NCBI RefSeq assembly: GCF_964355755.1
Contig: NC_092676.1
Location: 7,045,888 to 7,109,887, forward strand
From: Antedon mediterranea
Lineage: Eukaryota > Animalia > Echinodermata
Direction: 5' to 3'
DNA length: 64,000 bases
The notes below the pieces were generated by a model. That model did no database searches and had not been told where the DNA came from. It worked only from the letters and a program-made list of their open reading frames with translations. Each line of letters begins with the position of its first letter. Position 1 is the stretch's first letter. Made by a program: the position numbers and the translations under genes. Shown piece after piece: positions 36,533 through 49,369 of the stretch.

Positions 36533-36610
36533 GCCCAGTGGTCTAATCGTTAGAACATCTGCATATCAAGCAGGCGGTCCGAGTTCGAGTCTCGGCTGGA
36601 AGGACTTTTT
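36533..36610 (+). pseudogene. tRNA-like sequence (Glu/Asp-related; pseudogene or SINE head)
   Basis: A box TGGTCTAATCG, anticodon-like arm CTGC-ATATCAA-GCAG, perfect T arm CCGAG-TTCGAGT-CTCGG, TTTTT at 36606. Acceptor stem is only ~4 bp. Confidence 0.6.
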
Positions 36611-37335
36611 CTCATTCTCACAGATTTCCTCATCTTTATCGTTTCAAATTAATTAATTAAATTTCAGTATATCATCGGGCGGTTTCGAATTAATGTTCAT
36701 TGCCTAATTTATTTAATATAAGATTATACAATAATAAGCTTTTATTATGGCAAGCCAATGCATTGGTATGGATTTTTTGCGGACTTGGCTTGCCATACTT
36801 TGTAAACCATATTTTGTGACACAAAACAAATAAGCTACATCTTCTATTCATATATTTTAGTACTGGCATTTTAGGCACTTTAAATACGTCACAAACAATA
36901 ATAATTTCTGTGCTGTAAACCAGAACTGTATAAGATTTAGAAGAAAATAAATTACAAATTCATTAATATCTAAAACCATATGAACTTGTTTAATCATAAT
37001 GTTATGATTTTGTTTCTCATTGTTTCTAATTGAACTTTTTCCCTGTTATGTTTTTATTTCAAATGTATATTATTAGCACCAATTTATCAACAGTGAAAAC
37101 ACTAACAACCAATTTAGCCAACATCTGTAGAAAAACATGGCATATAGATTTTTTCTGATACGGTATCAGGAGACGCTACAGCCCACAGTAGCCCGTAGGG
37201 AAGGTTTGTAGTCTGCAGACACGATACCGTACGTACGCTGTTCGACATAATACTGTAGTTTTCATTTTTCTTGTTTTTTGGGCATCCTGGTACATGGTAA
37301 CCAAGTATTTTTCAATTATCAAGGCAATCTAAGCT

Positions 37336-37500
37336 AGCTCTGTCTACAAACATTATGTGAAAAAAATGTTATGAGCCCTATATTTAAGCATTATCGGTAC
37401 TATATTTTGGCATATCACTACCATATTTGGACACATCACACTTTTTTTTTTGTCAAACTCGTTTGGTAGTACTATAATACATTTATGCGTAGACAGAGTT
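37336..37500 (+). mobile_element. Family A MITE (degenerate)
   Basis: AGCTCTGTCTACA ... ATATCACTACCATATTTGGAC ... GTAGACAGAGTT|TAA. Confidence 0.75.
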
Positions 37501-38520
37501 TAAACCATTTATGTGACAAAAAACTTCTGATTTTTTTAGTTACCCCACTGTAATAGTTCGTTTGGTATGCCTGGTGATAAAAACAAGTTTTTCCAGTAGA
37601 AAGAACACATCGGTGTTATAATTACAAAACTGTAGCACCCTGGACCTATAAATTCCATGGTATCACCAAGTCACCCTCCATTCAAATAAACAACGATATA
37701 AATTACAAAATTAAAAACTGGCAACAAAATGTATGTTCTACTTATAAAATGATATTTTTCATAACGTGTTTTGATAGGCAGCAGTAATTTAGACTAGGTC
37801 AAACACCTCATTATAAATTATGTATTGAAAGGTTAGAGGTGGCTCAATAATTTTATTATGAACTTTTTACACCTATAAAACAATCGAGAACGATCGCATT
37901 ACTGTAACGAATTCCATTACAATTGATTGTATTGGTGAGGGAAGTTCGCTTCAATGGCCATATGGTAATACTACAACACCCACTTTACTGCGTATATGCT
38001 TAATATTCCCAAGCGGAGCAACATACTAAATTCCCTCGTTTCATTTATTAATAATCTGACGCCCTGGGGCAAAACTGTTTATTGATGATTTTGTGTTCTC
38101 TCTTTTCTCTCCGTTTCAGTTCAAATTAAATGTTGCTATAAATTTCTAGAAAAATGAATTGCAAACACACGTCGTTATTCATTATTTCGGTGAATATAAA
38201 AGAGAAACGCTGAAGGCAAGCCCTCGAGTAGGATCTTACGAACAAAACAACATATTAATTTAACGATTCTAGAATAAAGCGTGATGTATTATTCAAACTT
38301 GAAAATCAAGCAGATATTTGTATCTTGTAAACAAGGGACTGAAAAGCTGGTCTAGCTCAAATATTTGAATCCGACATGAGTGTGAGAGTGTCATGTACAC
38401 AAACCATTAGCACTCAACAAACTAATGCTACACGTTCCTCTCATCTTGTTGTTTTTATTCGTGCCGTGTCTTCTGTTATAACAACACATATGTATACTAT
38501 TTTTCTACAATAACACATTC

Positions 38521-38752
38521 TTAAATCGACACACACACAAATGAGAGAGACTGGGCTGTGTCATGGAGGAAAAAAATTAATTATTTTATTTTTTCTTACA
38601 TGGTATTATCAAGACAGAGTAGAACCCCTATATGATAGGCCTACTTTTGGAAAAGGAGTCATTAAATCGACACACACACGTGGAGAGACTGGACTGTATA
38701 ATTTTGGAGGAAAAATAAATTTATTTTTTCCTCCATGGTATAATACGACACA
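38521..38752. repeat. ~141-bp direct duplication with internal inverted repeat
   Basis: TTAAATCGACACACACAC..GAGAGACTGG..TGGAGGAAAAA...CATGGTAT occurs twice. Confidence 0.7.
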
Positions 38753-40455
38753 GTTAAAGGGGGTACCTTTGCGACCCAATATGGGTGTGTCACGGATGCC
38801 CAAAGAAGGATACCAAACAAGAAAATAAATTTAAGAAATCATAATCAAAAGCAAAAAGAAAAACAAAACACAGTTTTCAGCGTATTTCACCTGTTCCTTT
38901 TCACGGAACGGAAACGGTTTCGTTTTGTTACGTAATGGATACTTGTATAAATAATTGAATTGAATGGAACAAAATATGAATGTAACAATAAAAAGGCGTA
39001 ATGTCTGAATTGTTTAAACAAAACAGGACAAAATAAGATAAATTGTGGCTGTGTGAACAGTATAGTACGGTACCGTAAAAGCAAAAGTAATGTAGGCCTA
39101 TGCAAATTAAAAAGATGTGATTTAATGAGGAAAAAATGTTATCGATGTACAGATACAAAGTGACACTGATCATTACATTGTCACCATTGTGACAATTCAT
39201 TGATGAATTTGGACTCGAGTAACAGTTATACCTCGTTAGCGCATTGGTATAATGATACATGGGGCGCCAATCGAACGCCGACAATTTCATTCTAGGCACG
39301 ACTCGTTCACTAATGGGCAAGCAGGCCAGAAATCAAAATCAATTAGTCATTTAATTAGCCGAGGTATCACTCTACTGTTTTATCATGTGTCCAGAGAATT
39401 GATTTTTTCTTTTTGTATAATCAGAGAGTATTGATCGATGGTCGATGCTAGGATCAGGAGTCGACGAACAGGACACTTCTTTAATATCACAAAGGTATTG
39501 GTGGACTGTATTTACATCAGTGAAATTAAACATACATAAACCTCGGGGAAGAATTTCGCTCTTCCCTGCATAAACAGTTTAAATTTACGGTCTGTACTGT
39601 AATGTCCTTTGAATTAGTATGTTTTTATTGCTGCCATTATAAAGTGAAATGAGGTGTTACAATAAAGACGGTGAGAATAAAGCGTATTATGTGTGTCGTT
39701 ATAAATGTTTCACTCTTTAAAATTGATGTGAAAATTATGTAAGCACTTAAAGTAGTTCAGCTCTGTGACTTTCACTTTTTTTCAATCCTCAAAAGAGTAA
39801 CAATCACTCTAAAATAGTGGATTTTCACTCTTTTACATTATTAAGAGAGTACCGGTATTATTGTCTAGAAATTTATATTGTGTGAATAATTTCTTTATCT
39901 TACCGTTCTGATTACGGTATGTAAGTTGCCGAATTGCAAATATTTAAGAAAAATAGCCTTATTTATGGCATTTGTGGCTGCCCATACTGACAGAATGACT
40001 ACAACAAGCTAGAACGAACTCAACTAAAAACATTTTACCTCCGCTAACTTTAGGACCTAATTTACGGTTGAAAGAAGTCAAAATAAAATAGAAACAAAAT
40101 GCGGTTGAAAAATTATGACACGACAGATGTAATAATGATGCCATTAAATCAAAAATATACCTTTGGGACAACACCGCCCTCTATGCATAGACTTTGTAAT
40201 AAAACAAAGTTGACCTATCTCTTGTGGACCAGAATGTCCAAAGAACACTGAGTTTTTTTATGTTGGATACATTTGACAGATTTATTGAAGTGATTAACCA
40301 GTGTTTCGTTGGTTTATTGTCTGATTTGTAATTTCTGCTTTTGTTCGATGCAACAAGACAAAGTGCAATCCCGTATTTGACCAATTGAATGATTTGAAAC
40401 GAAAACAGTAATTTATGACATATTAAACGTGAGGACTTCTTCCATGATATGCAAT

Positions 40456-40593
40456 CAGTGGCGTAAAGCAGAGACATGATGCACCTGATTTAAGAGCTTT
40501 AAGTGTTTCCCTCTCTGCACTGCTCAGGGGCCCCCATAAGCTACGGGCCCCTATGTTTAGCCAGTGAGCGATCATAGCTGTGTTACGCCACTG
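40456..40593 (+). mobile_element. hAT-like MITE, 138 bp
   Basis: TIR CAGTGGCGTAA / TTACGCCACTG; 8-bp TSD TATGCAAT / TATACAAT (7/8). Confidence 0.85.
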
Positions 40594-40759
40594 TATACAA
40601 TGTGTAATTGCTAATACTGTACTTATAGTTAGGCCTAGTTTGTTACCCAAATTAGAATTGAGTGCGTAAACTTTTGACAACATTCGAACTGGTATGTAAT
40701 GGTTAAGGGACTAGCTTCGATTGCTGTTTCTATTCCCGGTTTCTACCCGCGAAGTCAAG

Positions 40760-40981
40760 TAGACAATGGCAATCTAACAACAGGACATTGAGCTTGCATT
40801 GCCAAGATAGGAACTCGTAACAGTCCTTTGATCTTATGTCTAGCTGCGACAAAAACCAACTATGTTCATATTTTCCTCGGCGCGCGGTATATGTTAAGGG
40901 GTACGCGTGGAATTAATCGTCACAGCACACAGATAAACCCTTTGTTCTCCGGGACTCAGCACTGTTAGATTGCCTTGACTA
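40760..40981. mobile_element. MITE family C, TA-flanked
   Basis: TAGACAATGGCAATCTAACA ... TGTTAGATTGCCTTGACTA. Part is repeated at 5172-5271. Confidence 0.7.
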
Positions 40982-42985
40982 AAAATGTATTTGACTTAAA
41001 ATGATGTATACAAGAATTATCAAAAGCTTACAAACCAATGTATATTTTACTTTTTTTTAAATCTGAACACTTAGGCCTACACACTCTAAGTTTATTACCG
41101 TAATCCAGCCTAAATACTATCTGAACATAAACAGCCATACGTCGTTTTTTATAAATTAAACTAATGTTAATGTAGCGGTATTTTATCATAAGCATTTAAA
41201 CCGCCGTAAAGTAGTTCGACGGACAGAAGATCACATTCTGAAGGAGTATCCTCCATCCTGTCTATAGTCTGAAGAAAAGCAGACTATCATCCAGCTAAGC
41301 CGATTTGGCGCGGAATGTGTAACATTAAATTAAGAATCGTCTCGAAAAAGCAATTTAGATAAATATCATGTTAAAGCATGTGAAGTAATGTACTAATAAA
41401 ATGACAGGAACGAGAGATTAATATCAACTGATACAGTGTTGAAGACTATTTCGTAACTTTAAAGGGACAGTGTAGGCCTAAGTGTTTATTCGACCTGACT
41501 GACGGTGGAATCTTTACTTTATTTGCGCCCGCGCGTTTTTTTCTCCTATGAGGTTAAGGCAGAAATCATGAATAATTCATGACATTATATATTATGACAT
41601 TAAGGTCGCTATATATTAACATTGACTGAGATCAAGTACGTCGTGTCAACATCTATTGCCATGTTAAACAGTTGGTCAGACTAAGGTTCTGCTGTCTTGG
41701 GTTCGATGCTCATATCAACATCATCCGTGTTTTTTTTTAATAGTTGAGAGATTATTTAGAGGGTTATGTTATAGTTATATTTAGGAAGTAGGCCTAATTA
41801 GTCAGCTATCTTGTAATTCTTTATTGTAGGAATATTAAGGGTAAGTTATTCCTCAACCTAATAGAAAAAAATAATGCGTCCGCGCTTGTACCCCATTTCC
41901 CCCTTTAGATCTATCATACGCTCGACCTTTCAACCCCTGTGCGGAACGGGCTTGTGAATTTACTACAGTACCCGGTATGTCTCTCGCATGTCTGTATGTA
42001 TGTATAAAAGGAACGGATCTACACGGTCCTACCTATTGTACAATAGAATATTTATACTGAAAATTCAACGTACAGTATAGTTATTCACTCTTCCATTATC
42101 CCATCATTATGCATCGTTTACATATATTGCAAATGTAAAATATCAAATTGTCCTTCTAAGAAACATAATTTAATAGTCTGAACGAAACCTTAGAAAGGTA
42201 TCTGTTAATACACGTTAAAATGCATTCGATTGAGACTACGCGGCACGTGATATTCCCAACAACCATTCTATCGAAATCCGTGATACCTTCTTGTCTGTTA
42301 ACAAGATATTTTGACATATCGTATCATCTGAAATCACAATAAACCACGAATGGATACCGCCGTGAAGTAATAGAAACAGACTGTATCAACCCACCGGCGA
42401 CAGCAGCTTGGGAATTTACGTGCACAATATAGTGCAACATTTAGAAGTACGCTCACGTTAGGCCTAATTCAAATCTCTCTGTAAATATACAACCCTTTTG
42501 AAGGCTTCGAGGGTGTCAAAAGGTTCACACTTCTGTTCAAATAAATGTGAATGATTTCGTTTTGTTCAACTGGTTCTATTATTGGACTGAACAACACCAC
42601 CCGCTGCTGTCAATTGAGGTTTATCGCCAAAATGGATAACATATTATTTTTCCTCGTTGAACATAATTCTTTAACGGCGTAATGTCGCGCGGGTCAACAT
42701 TTGAAAACTCCGAGTCAGTGGTGTCGGTGATATATGATTGACGTGCTTCGAGAAACCTAATAATTTTGTCCCCAAGGCGCCAAGTATTAAGAAAACTAGA
42801 GTATATGAAATTTTATTATGTGAAAGGTTTTTAGACGCCTGTTTGCTTGAATCATGTTATAAAGGAGAATCATAGTAATAAATTCATCGTTACAAACAAT
42901 TATTATTTATTATTATTTTGTTTAATATAGGTCGAACACTAAATAAAAATAAAAACACTTCAGGTCAATAATAAACAATTTTTTA

Positions 42986-43538
42986 AGCACTCTCAAACTT
43001 TATGTGACAAAAAAATGATGAGATGCGCCCATATATGGACATGATGATGTCGTATATTATTATGTAGTCTGTGTAACTTGAATTATATTGAATATGAAAT
43101 ACACTGTTTTATGGAATGTTTAACTTATGATGATATCAGATCTTATTTATTCAACTATATTAGCTGGATCAACCCATCCTTTTAAGATCTAACAAATTTA
43201 GAAAAATTCAAATTCTTAATGTATGATGGAACACTGTTCTACAGTTCAGTTGCTAAATTTGCTCTCCTTACGCTAGTCCATTGTTTTTAACCAGTAATTT
43301 TTAACCAGTAATTTTTAACATATTTATTTACAGTATTTTTTTCCTCAGAATTGAGGTTTGGTGAAGTTAGTCTGTTTAAAGTTGTTATTTTATTTGATGT
43401 TATATCTGTGTTTATTTTAATTGTTATTTTATATATTAATTTGTTCACTCATAAGCAAGAATTGTAATTTAAAGAGTGTGATTAAATAAATAATTACTAA
43501 ATAAATAAAATATCACTACCATATATGGGCATATGACT
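42986..43538 (+). mobile_element. Family A MITE split by a 5'-truncated LINE (43056-43510)
   Basis: A sequence stops after CCATATATGGACATGATGATGTCGTAT and resumes at 43511 with TATCACTACCATATATGGG. The insert translates from 43063 as CSLCNLNYIEYEIHCFMECLTYDDIR...F*DLTNLEKFKFLM (ORF2 C-terminal CCHC) and ends in (TAAA)n. Confidence 0.8.
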
Positions 43539-43883
43539 ACAACAATACACAATAAATAGACAACAATAAATAATTTTTCAAAACATGCCATAGAAACATT
43601 ATTAATACCAGTGTTTTAATAAAAAAAAATTACCTAAGATAAGCCTATTTTTCACAATGCACACTAAATAGAATAGGATTACCAATTTTTAAAATAACAT
43701 CGACATATCGTAGAGAAGCATTACATTATTTTTCCACATTTTAAGTAGATCAACGCAATCAATATTGAAAATAGGTCATTGAAGATGCATCATTAAATAA
43801 AAAGGTAAGTGATGAGTCATACAGTAGTCTTTCTTGCATTAAAATATTCACCATTTTGTTTTCAATTATGTTTCATTCGTTAA

Positions 43884-44171
43884 AGATATATTGTCCCCCG
43901 AATAGATAATTCTTAATTTTTTTTAATAAGCCATGTTAATGCCACATAATAGTTAACTGAACATCTGTAATTTAACGCAAAAAATAGTAATAGTTTTTGA
44001 TTGAATGTAACCATTTTTTTTGTCATTTTATGTAAAAACATTTTATTTTTTAGTTTTTTTCTACGAAAGTTAATTAAATTAAGAAGATGAAGAAATTAAC
44101 TTATTATAACTACAAAATAACCTGATTTAATTAATCTTCATTTTTCATGTTTTTTGGGGAACAATACATCT
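43884..44171 (-). mobile_element. Family D (Kolobok-like) copy, divergent
   Basis: TTAA|AGATATATTGTCCCC ... GGGGAACAATACATCT|TTAA. Confidence 0.75.
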
Positions 44172-44338
44172 TTAACAATAAACAAAAATAGAAAAACAAA
44201 TTAGTAGGCCAACGCTGAAGATGATGCCATAATGTTATCATCAATACATTCATTCGATCATGCTATATCAAAATCAGTATCAAAGTATAGTACAACCGCT
44301 TCTTCAAAGGATGCGAGTTCCTGGAAATCCCATAGGCT

Positions 44339-44520
44339 ATGACGTCATTATTTACCGTTTGATTAAGATTATTAATGTAATATCCACACCCACTGATCAA
44401 CTGATTCAAAGTCATTATTGCACAGTACAAACCCTCCACGAGTTCCAAAACCACAAGTTATGACGTCATTATTACCGTTTCAGTAAAATCATTAATATCC
44501 GCACCCCCTGAAAAACTGAT
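44339..44520. repeat. ~122-bp degenerate direct duplication, each copy with TGACGTCA
   Basis: ATGACGTCATTAT(T)TACCGTTT...ATTAAT...ATCC.CACCC.CTGA..AACTGAT occurs twice. Confidence 0.65.
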
Positions 44521-46936
44521 AGGCCTACAAAAGAATGTTTTGCTAACAACTGACCCAATCTTTGTTTATTTTTCCAGCTCATACCAATCGTCCAAATAGC
44601 ATTATTAATTGTCCTTCAAAAATAGCTCATATGTTTCGCTAAAGCGCTACCGCCGATAAAGAGAAATTTTGAAAAATGAGTTCTGCGTGAACATCATTAT
44701 TATATGGAGAGAATGTTTTGCTTGCCAATGACTGGAACGGTTAGTTATTTATCCAGCTCATTCTGAAGTAATTTGCCCTAAAAGGGATCATTTTTCTTTC
44801 TCAAGATACCACATGTTTTTTTATAAAGTGAAATGGCTTTAAATGGAACTTTCTATTTCTTCAAGTTTGATAAATTACATACACTATTCCGGTTAAAAGT
44901 TAACTTTGTTTAAATGGTTGTCACAAAGTTACAATTGATTGTGTCAAGTAGCGGTTAATTACAGCAGCAGATAACGGTGCGAAGACATAGATCGATCGAT
45001 CAGTCATTCTAAATTGAGGAAAAGGTCTTGGCGGTTGACTCGGTCATCCATAATGGTGAATTGTCTGTGTCGTTGTTATGACAACGATATTTTGTCAAGA
45101 AGAGGGTATGAATTCATCAGAATTACTTTTACAAAGGTTAAAAAACATATCTTCTCTTCACGTCATCGTCTGTCGTTTTCTGATTGGAGAGTAGGCCTAT
45201 ACAGTAGAACCCCTATTAAAGGGACACACATCCGGGTGAAGAAAAAAAGTGTCCCCTGGACCTTTGTCAAAGATATATGTAGTCAAAGATAGGCCTACGT
45301 TTCTCATTGTTCGTTTTTTCCAAATGAGAACTTGTAACTTTTAAACGTTCTCCCAAGATTAAAGTGTAATACGTACGACGCACACTTACAATTACACCAG
45401 ACGAATAACACGTATTTTGTCCGCAAATGCCATGCCTTCCATACTTAGTGTCTGTGTCCTACTTTAAAAGGACAGGTACTACGTTATTCATATACCTCGG
45501 GCGACATAAGTATTTAAAAGTGTAAAGATGATTCTTGTATTTACACTTCCTGATATCAGTTGGCTAATTCGTTCGATTGGACATTCCCGAGGCGTGTACA
45601 CAATCCAGCGAAGCATTCATTGTAAATGGGTTTGTCATTAGTCGTGATGGCAACATCAAACACTAAACCGCATCTTCATCAATGCACTATTCTCTTTCTA
45701 ACTAATTTTAAGTGTGCAACAAATAGCAATTTACTGGTAACATACATTATCCAGCGTGTAACATGTTGTAAAAGAGAACAATGATATTTACTGAAACAAT
45801 AGAAACGTAATTAACAGACTATAAGACACATTGTCGCTCATTAAGCCCGGATAATCGCTAAAGAAATGGCTGTAGGATTGTGTCGAACTTTTTTCAAAAG
45901 GAGGTGACAGATACATTGAGGTAATAAAAGCATTCACCCTTAACTAGAATCTAGGCGAGTGAATTCACCTGTCGTTTTAATGTCACCTGTACTGTTAAGT
46001 ATGGCACGCAAATCAATCTTCTTTACTGTTAAGCATGGTACGCCAAAGAACATTAATGCAAAATGCGATGTTGGCACACAAGTTGAATCAGTTGAAAATG
46101 TGTTTGTTTTTTATCCAATATAACTTGTTTTTTTTGTGAGATATTATAGATTCCTATTATGTTTGTACTTTTCTAAGTTTGATTACCTTATATCAGTTTC
46201 ATGATGTATCCAGGGAGTTGTTGTACAACTCACTGCTGTACCTATTATTAATAATCATTCACAATAAATTACCCCAACTGTTATACTAATATACAGTGTT
46301 ATTTCCGTGTCTATTTTGAAGTCTGTTACATTCGTTATTTGTTTTGTTTTGTTTTGTTTCCTCGAAATGACAATGTTGACAGGTGTCAATCATTGCAGAA
46401 ATAAACAACTTTCTTTTATTAGTTAGACAAAAACAACATGTTTGCTGAATTCTTAATACAGTATTCTGACTGATAGATTTGTCAGAAGCTATTTTATATT
46501 TATAGGCCTTTAAGTTAAAACTTCTAACTCAATTTTGTAACGCAACTTTAGAGATGATGTAACATCAACATTTAGAATATAGTGGTGCAATTTCGTCTGT
46601 GGATTTTACAATTAATGATTAAGGTCGGGCACTCCTCCCCAAAAAAGCAAAATAATATAGTATTATTCGCGTGAGGGCGACATTCATAACGGATTTCCGT
46701 GTAAGCCCTAACTCTATATCCAAAACATCAGTCGATCTGAAGAAATCATCTTTGTTACCGATTCACTAAGTAAGAGTCGGTTCGACCATGAATAGCCTGT
46801 TGAATCCGGGTGTGTATGTGTAATATATGCCTACGAGTTTAGTAAGTATTGTACTTTGGTAGGCCTACCGGTAGGCCTAGAAACTTTACCGTTGGAACTA
46901 TAGGTGTAGAGACAGTTCTAGTTTAGTTCATTCATT

Positions 46937-47288
46937 CATACATGCCAACATCTGTTCAAAAAGTTTTAAAAAGGGGAGGTGGGAGGTAAAGAGTACAATG
47001 TGTGACGTCACAAGCGGGTATCGCGTGGCGGCTATGTGAGGGGAATCCCCTTTCCGTTGAGAACAAAATCAGAAAATTATGACCGCAGATATGGTCGTAT
47101 AACGGCTTAAATATCGTAATTTGACTTATCTATAAGCCTTTTTGTTATATTTTAATGCAGAAAACAACACATATATATCAACATTCAGTTATATTTGTAA
47201 TCCGGGAGAAAATGTGGGAAAACGGGAGCACAATTAAGTCGGGAGACAAGTCTAAAATACGGCCAAAACGGGAGTGTTGGCATCTATG
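46937..47288. mobile_element. Possible non-autonomous DNA transposon
   Basis: CATACATGCCAACA / TGTTGGCATCTATG termini with subterminal CGGGAG motifs (CTCCCG motifs also at 51780-51895). No TSD seen. Confidence 0.45.
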
Positions 47289-47712
47289 TTAAATTTCTAT
47301 TTTAAACCAAATTCTATATTAGAATGGGGTTAATGTTCGAATGCCATTCACATGAATGCAATTGAATAAAATAAACATTGTACGTCAGTCAAAAATTGTT
47401 CATTCTAGTTTTTATAAAAAAAATAGAGGGCGACATAACAGTTTATTGCTATCTTGAGGAACATTATTCTAAAGTGATCTGAAAAAGAAAATAAAATGTT
47501 GTTTATCAATTAATTTGTCGTGAATGTTATTTACTGATTTCATTTTAGACACGTCTTTGACTTTTTTAGACCCTTGTTAATTTTACAATGTGAAAGGGTA
47601 GAATATTTACACACAATACTGTACAGCGATACAAACAATTGACAAATGATATTAATAATACGGATTTATTATGTATAAAATTAAAAGAGAAAGTATAAAA
47701 ATGAGTTTATAT

Positions 47713-48137
47713 TCATATATATCCAATTTCTTGTAACGTAGGTTCGGGTGAGCTTGTGTACGCGTGTAACTCGTTATAACTTGGCACTGGTCCAGGGTCT
47801 TGCACGACGTCGTGATAAGAAGGCGGTAGATCTTCCTCGGCAGCAACTGTCTCAAATGTTCTCACTAGTTCGAACTGACGTGGTGGATGACGTACCCCTG
47901 TAGGTTCAGTGTGTCCCGCAGGTCGTAGGATCCAATCGGAAGCAAGGTCAGTTTGTATAGGGATTCCAGATGCTGGGACACTTGTAAAGTTCTGGTCATC
48001 ATTGACGTCTCGGCGTACGTATGAAATTAAATCGACGTCATCATGCCCTTCATCGCACCAAAACAGTGAACACATGTCAGAAATATAAGCGAATGTTTCG
48101 CCAGAAAAGCACAGGCATCTAGAACTTTCAGGATTTT
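47713..48137 (-). CDS. Last coding exon of an uncharacterised PPxY-motif protein
   Basis: Acceptor TCTCTTTTCAG at 48138, GC-richer open frame ENPESSRCLCF...LPPSYHDVV...VPSYNEL...GYI*, AATAAA at 47665-47670 (minus). Confidence 0.65.
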
Positions 48138-48433
48138 CTGAAAAGAGATAATCAATTATTATTAATTTTAAATAATTGATAATAATCAATCAGTCATGCT
48201 CATTATTCTTGTGTCACCATATTAAATCATATAGGCCTAGGCTTCGTTTTTATTACAATGCCGATTTACTTACGTTAATCGGTATTGCTATTCATAGTGC
48301 CTGCCATACTTGTTAAATGTCGATCATTGTCGTCGTTGTCATCGTCCTGGTCTTGCATTGCTTTTCATCATTCATTCATTCCTTCCTTCAGAATCATTCA
48401 TTCATTCTCAATTTCACCGTCATCATGCCTCAC

Positions 48434-48578
48434 CTATCACAGGTATTGGTTCATGGAGTTCCACCGGCTCGTTTGGCAATCGAATAGCCCGGTTGTACGT
48501 TGGAGGCTGAGCAGTATCGCCAACAGAAGGTAAATTCACCCTGGAACTCTCGGTCTCTGATATCATTTCCTGTACGCT
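48434..48578 (-). CDS. Upstream exon of the PPxY-motif protein
   Basis: Acceptor CATTTCAG at 48579; frame SVQEMISE...QPPTYNRAI...PIPVI; donor AG|GTGAGG is phase 1, matching the next exon. Candidate ATG at 48566. Confidence 0.55.
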
Positions 48579-49126
48579 CTGAAATGTTTAAATAAACTAT
48601 TTGACATTACGTAAAATCTCCACTAAATTATAATAAAGGAGTTATTCACTTTACCACACCGAAAGAAATGTGCCGTTACTCTCTCTATAATGTTCATTAC
48701 TAGCTTACCGTACATCAAATGCAAACACATCCGCTTGTCTTTAGTTTTATTTTTAATTACAAAATAAACATGATCGCATGCTGTAAATTTCCATGGCAGT
48801 TATAGTGATTCATTTGATTGTGACCAAATCTGTTTGGACTTTGATTCTTAATCATCGGAAAATAAAGCAAATAATAACAATACAATAATATGACGTATTA
48901 TGACTTGTTTTTAAACGGAGAGTGGGAGTTGGGGCTGGTGTGGTGAGGTTGTTTGATGTTTACTGATACGAGACCACATCCATGCCGGATAGAATTAAGA
49001 TGTGGCTTAGATTAAAGTAAAAACCCTATTAAAAGAACACTTTCGGGGCCTAAAGTGTCCTTTATAATAGGCATGTCCCTGAATAAGGTTGGTTGTAGTG
49101 TTAAAACATTATTTTATTTCCCCTCA

Positions 49127-49369
49127 TTTACCTCCGCCAAGTATATTGTCGATCGCGTGTGTCTGTTTGTTAGCAGGATTAACAATCATCAGGATCATCT
49201 CATCTGGAGAAGGATCAAAACATTATTGAAATATCTTTACCAAAATGAAAATACAGATAGATATGTGGTCAAGGACCATTACATTTTGAAGGCAATCCGG
49301 ACGGTGACATATTATGTAGGGGAATTTTACAGTAGGCGGAGGATGCGCTTTTGGAGTGCCGTTCTAGTT
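49127..49369 (+). mobile_element. Helentron/Helitron2-like non-autonomous element inserted in a Tc1-like MITE remnant (~49013-49430)
   Basis: TTACCTCCGCC ... GGCGGAGG subterminal inverted repeat, GTGTGTCTGTTTGTT, 3' hairpin GCGCT..AGTGC then TTCTAGTT. Flanks resemble TACAGTAGAACCCCTATTAAAGGGACAC at 45200. Confidence 0.6.

Noticed and set aside
36533-36602. Functional tRNA gene
   Set aside because: Acceptor stem is too short, the D-loop GG is missing, and the anticodon loop is atypical. Kept only as tRNA-like.
47713-48578. Functional link between the PY protein and Fz4/Dishevelled turnover
   Set aside because: Only proximity (32 kb) supports it, and neighbourhood rarely implies a shared pathway in animal genomes.
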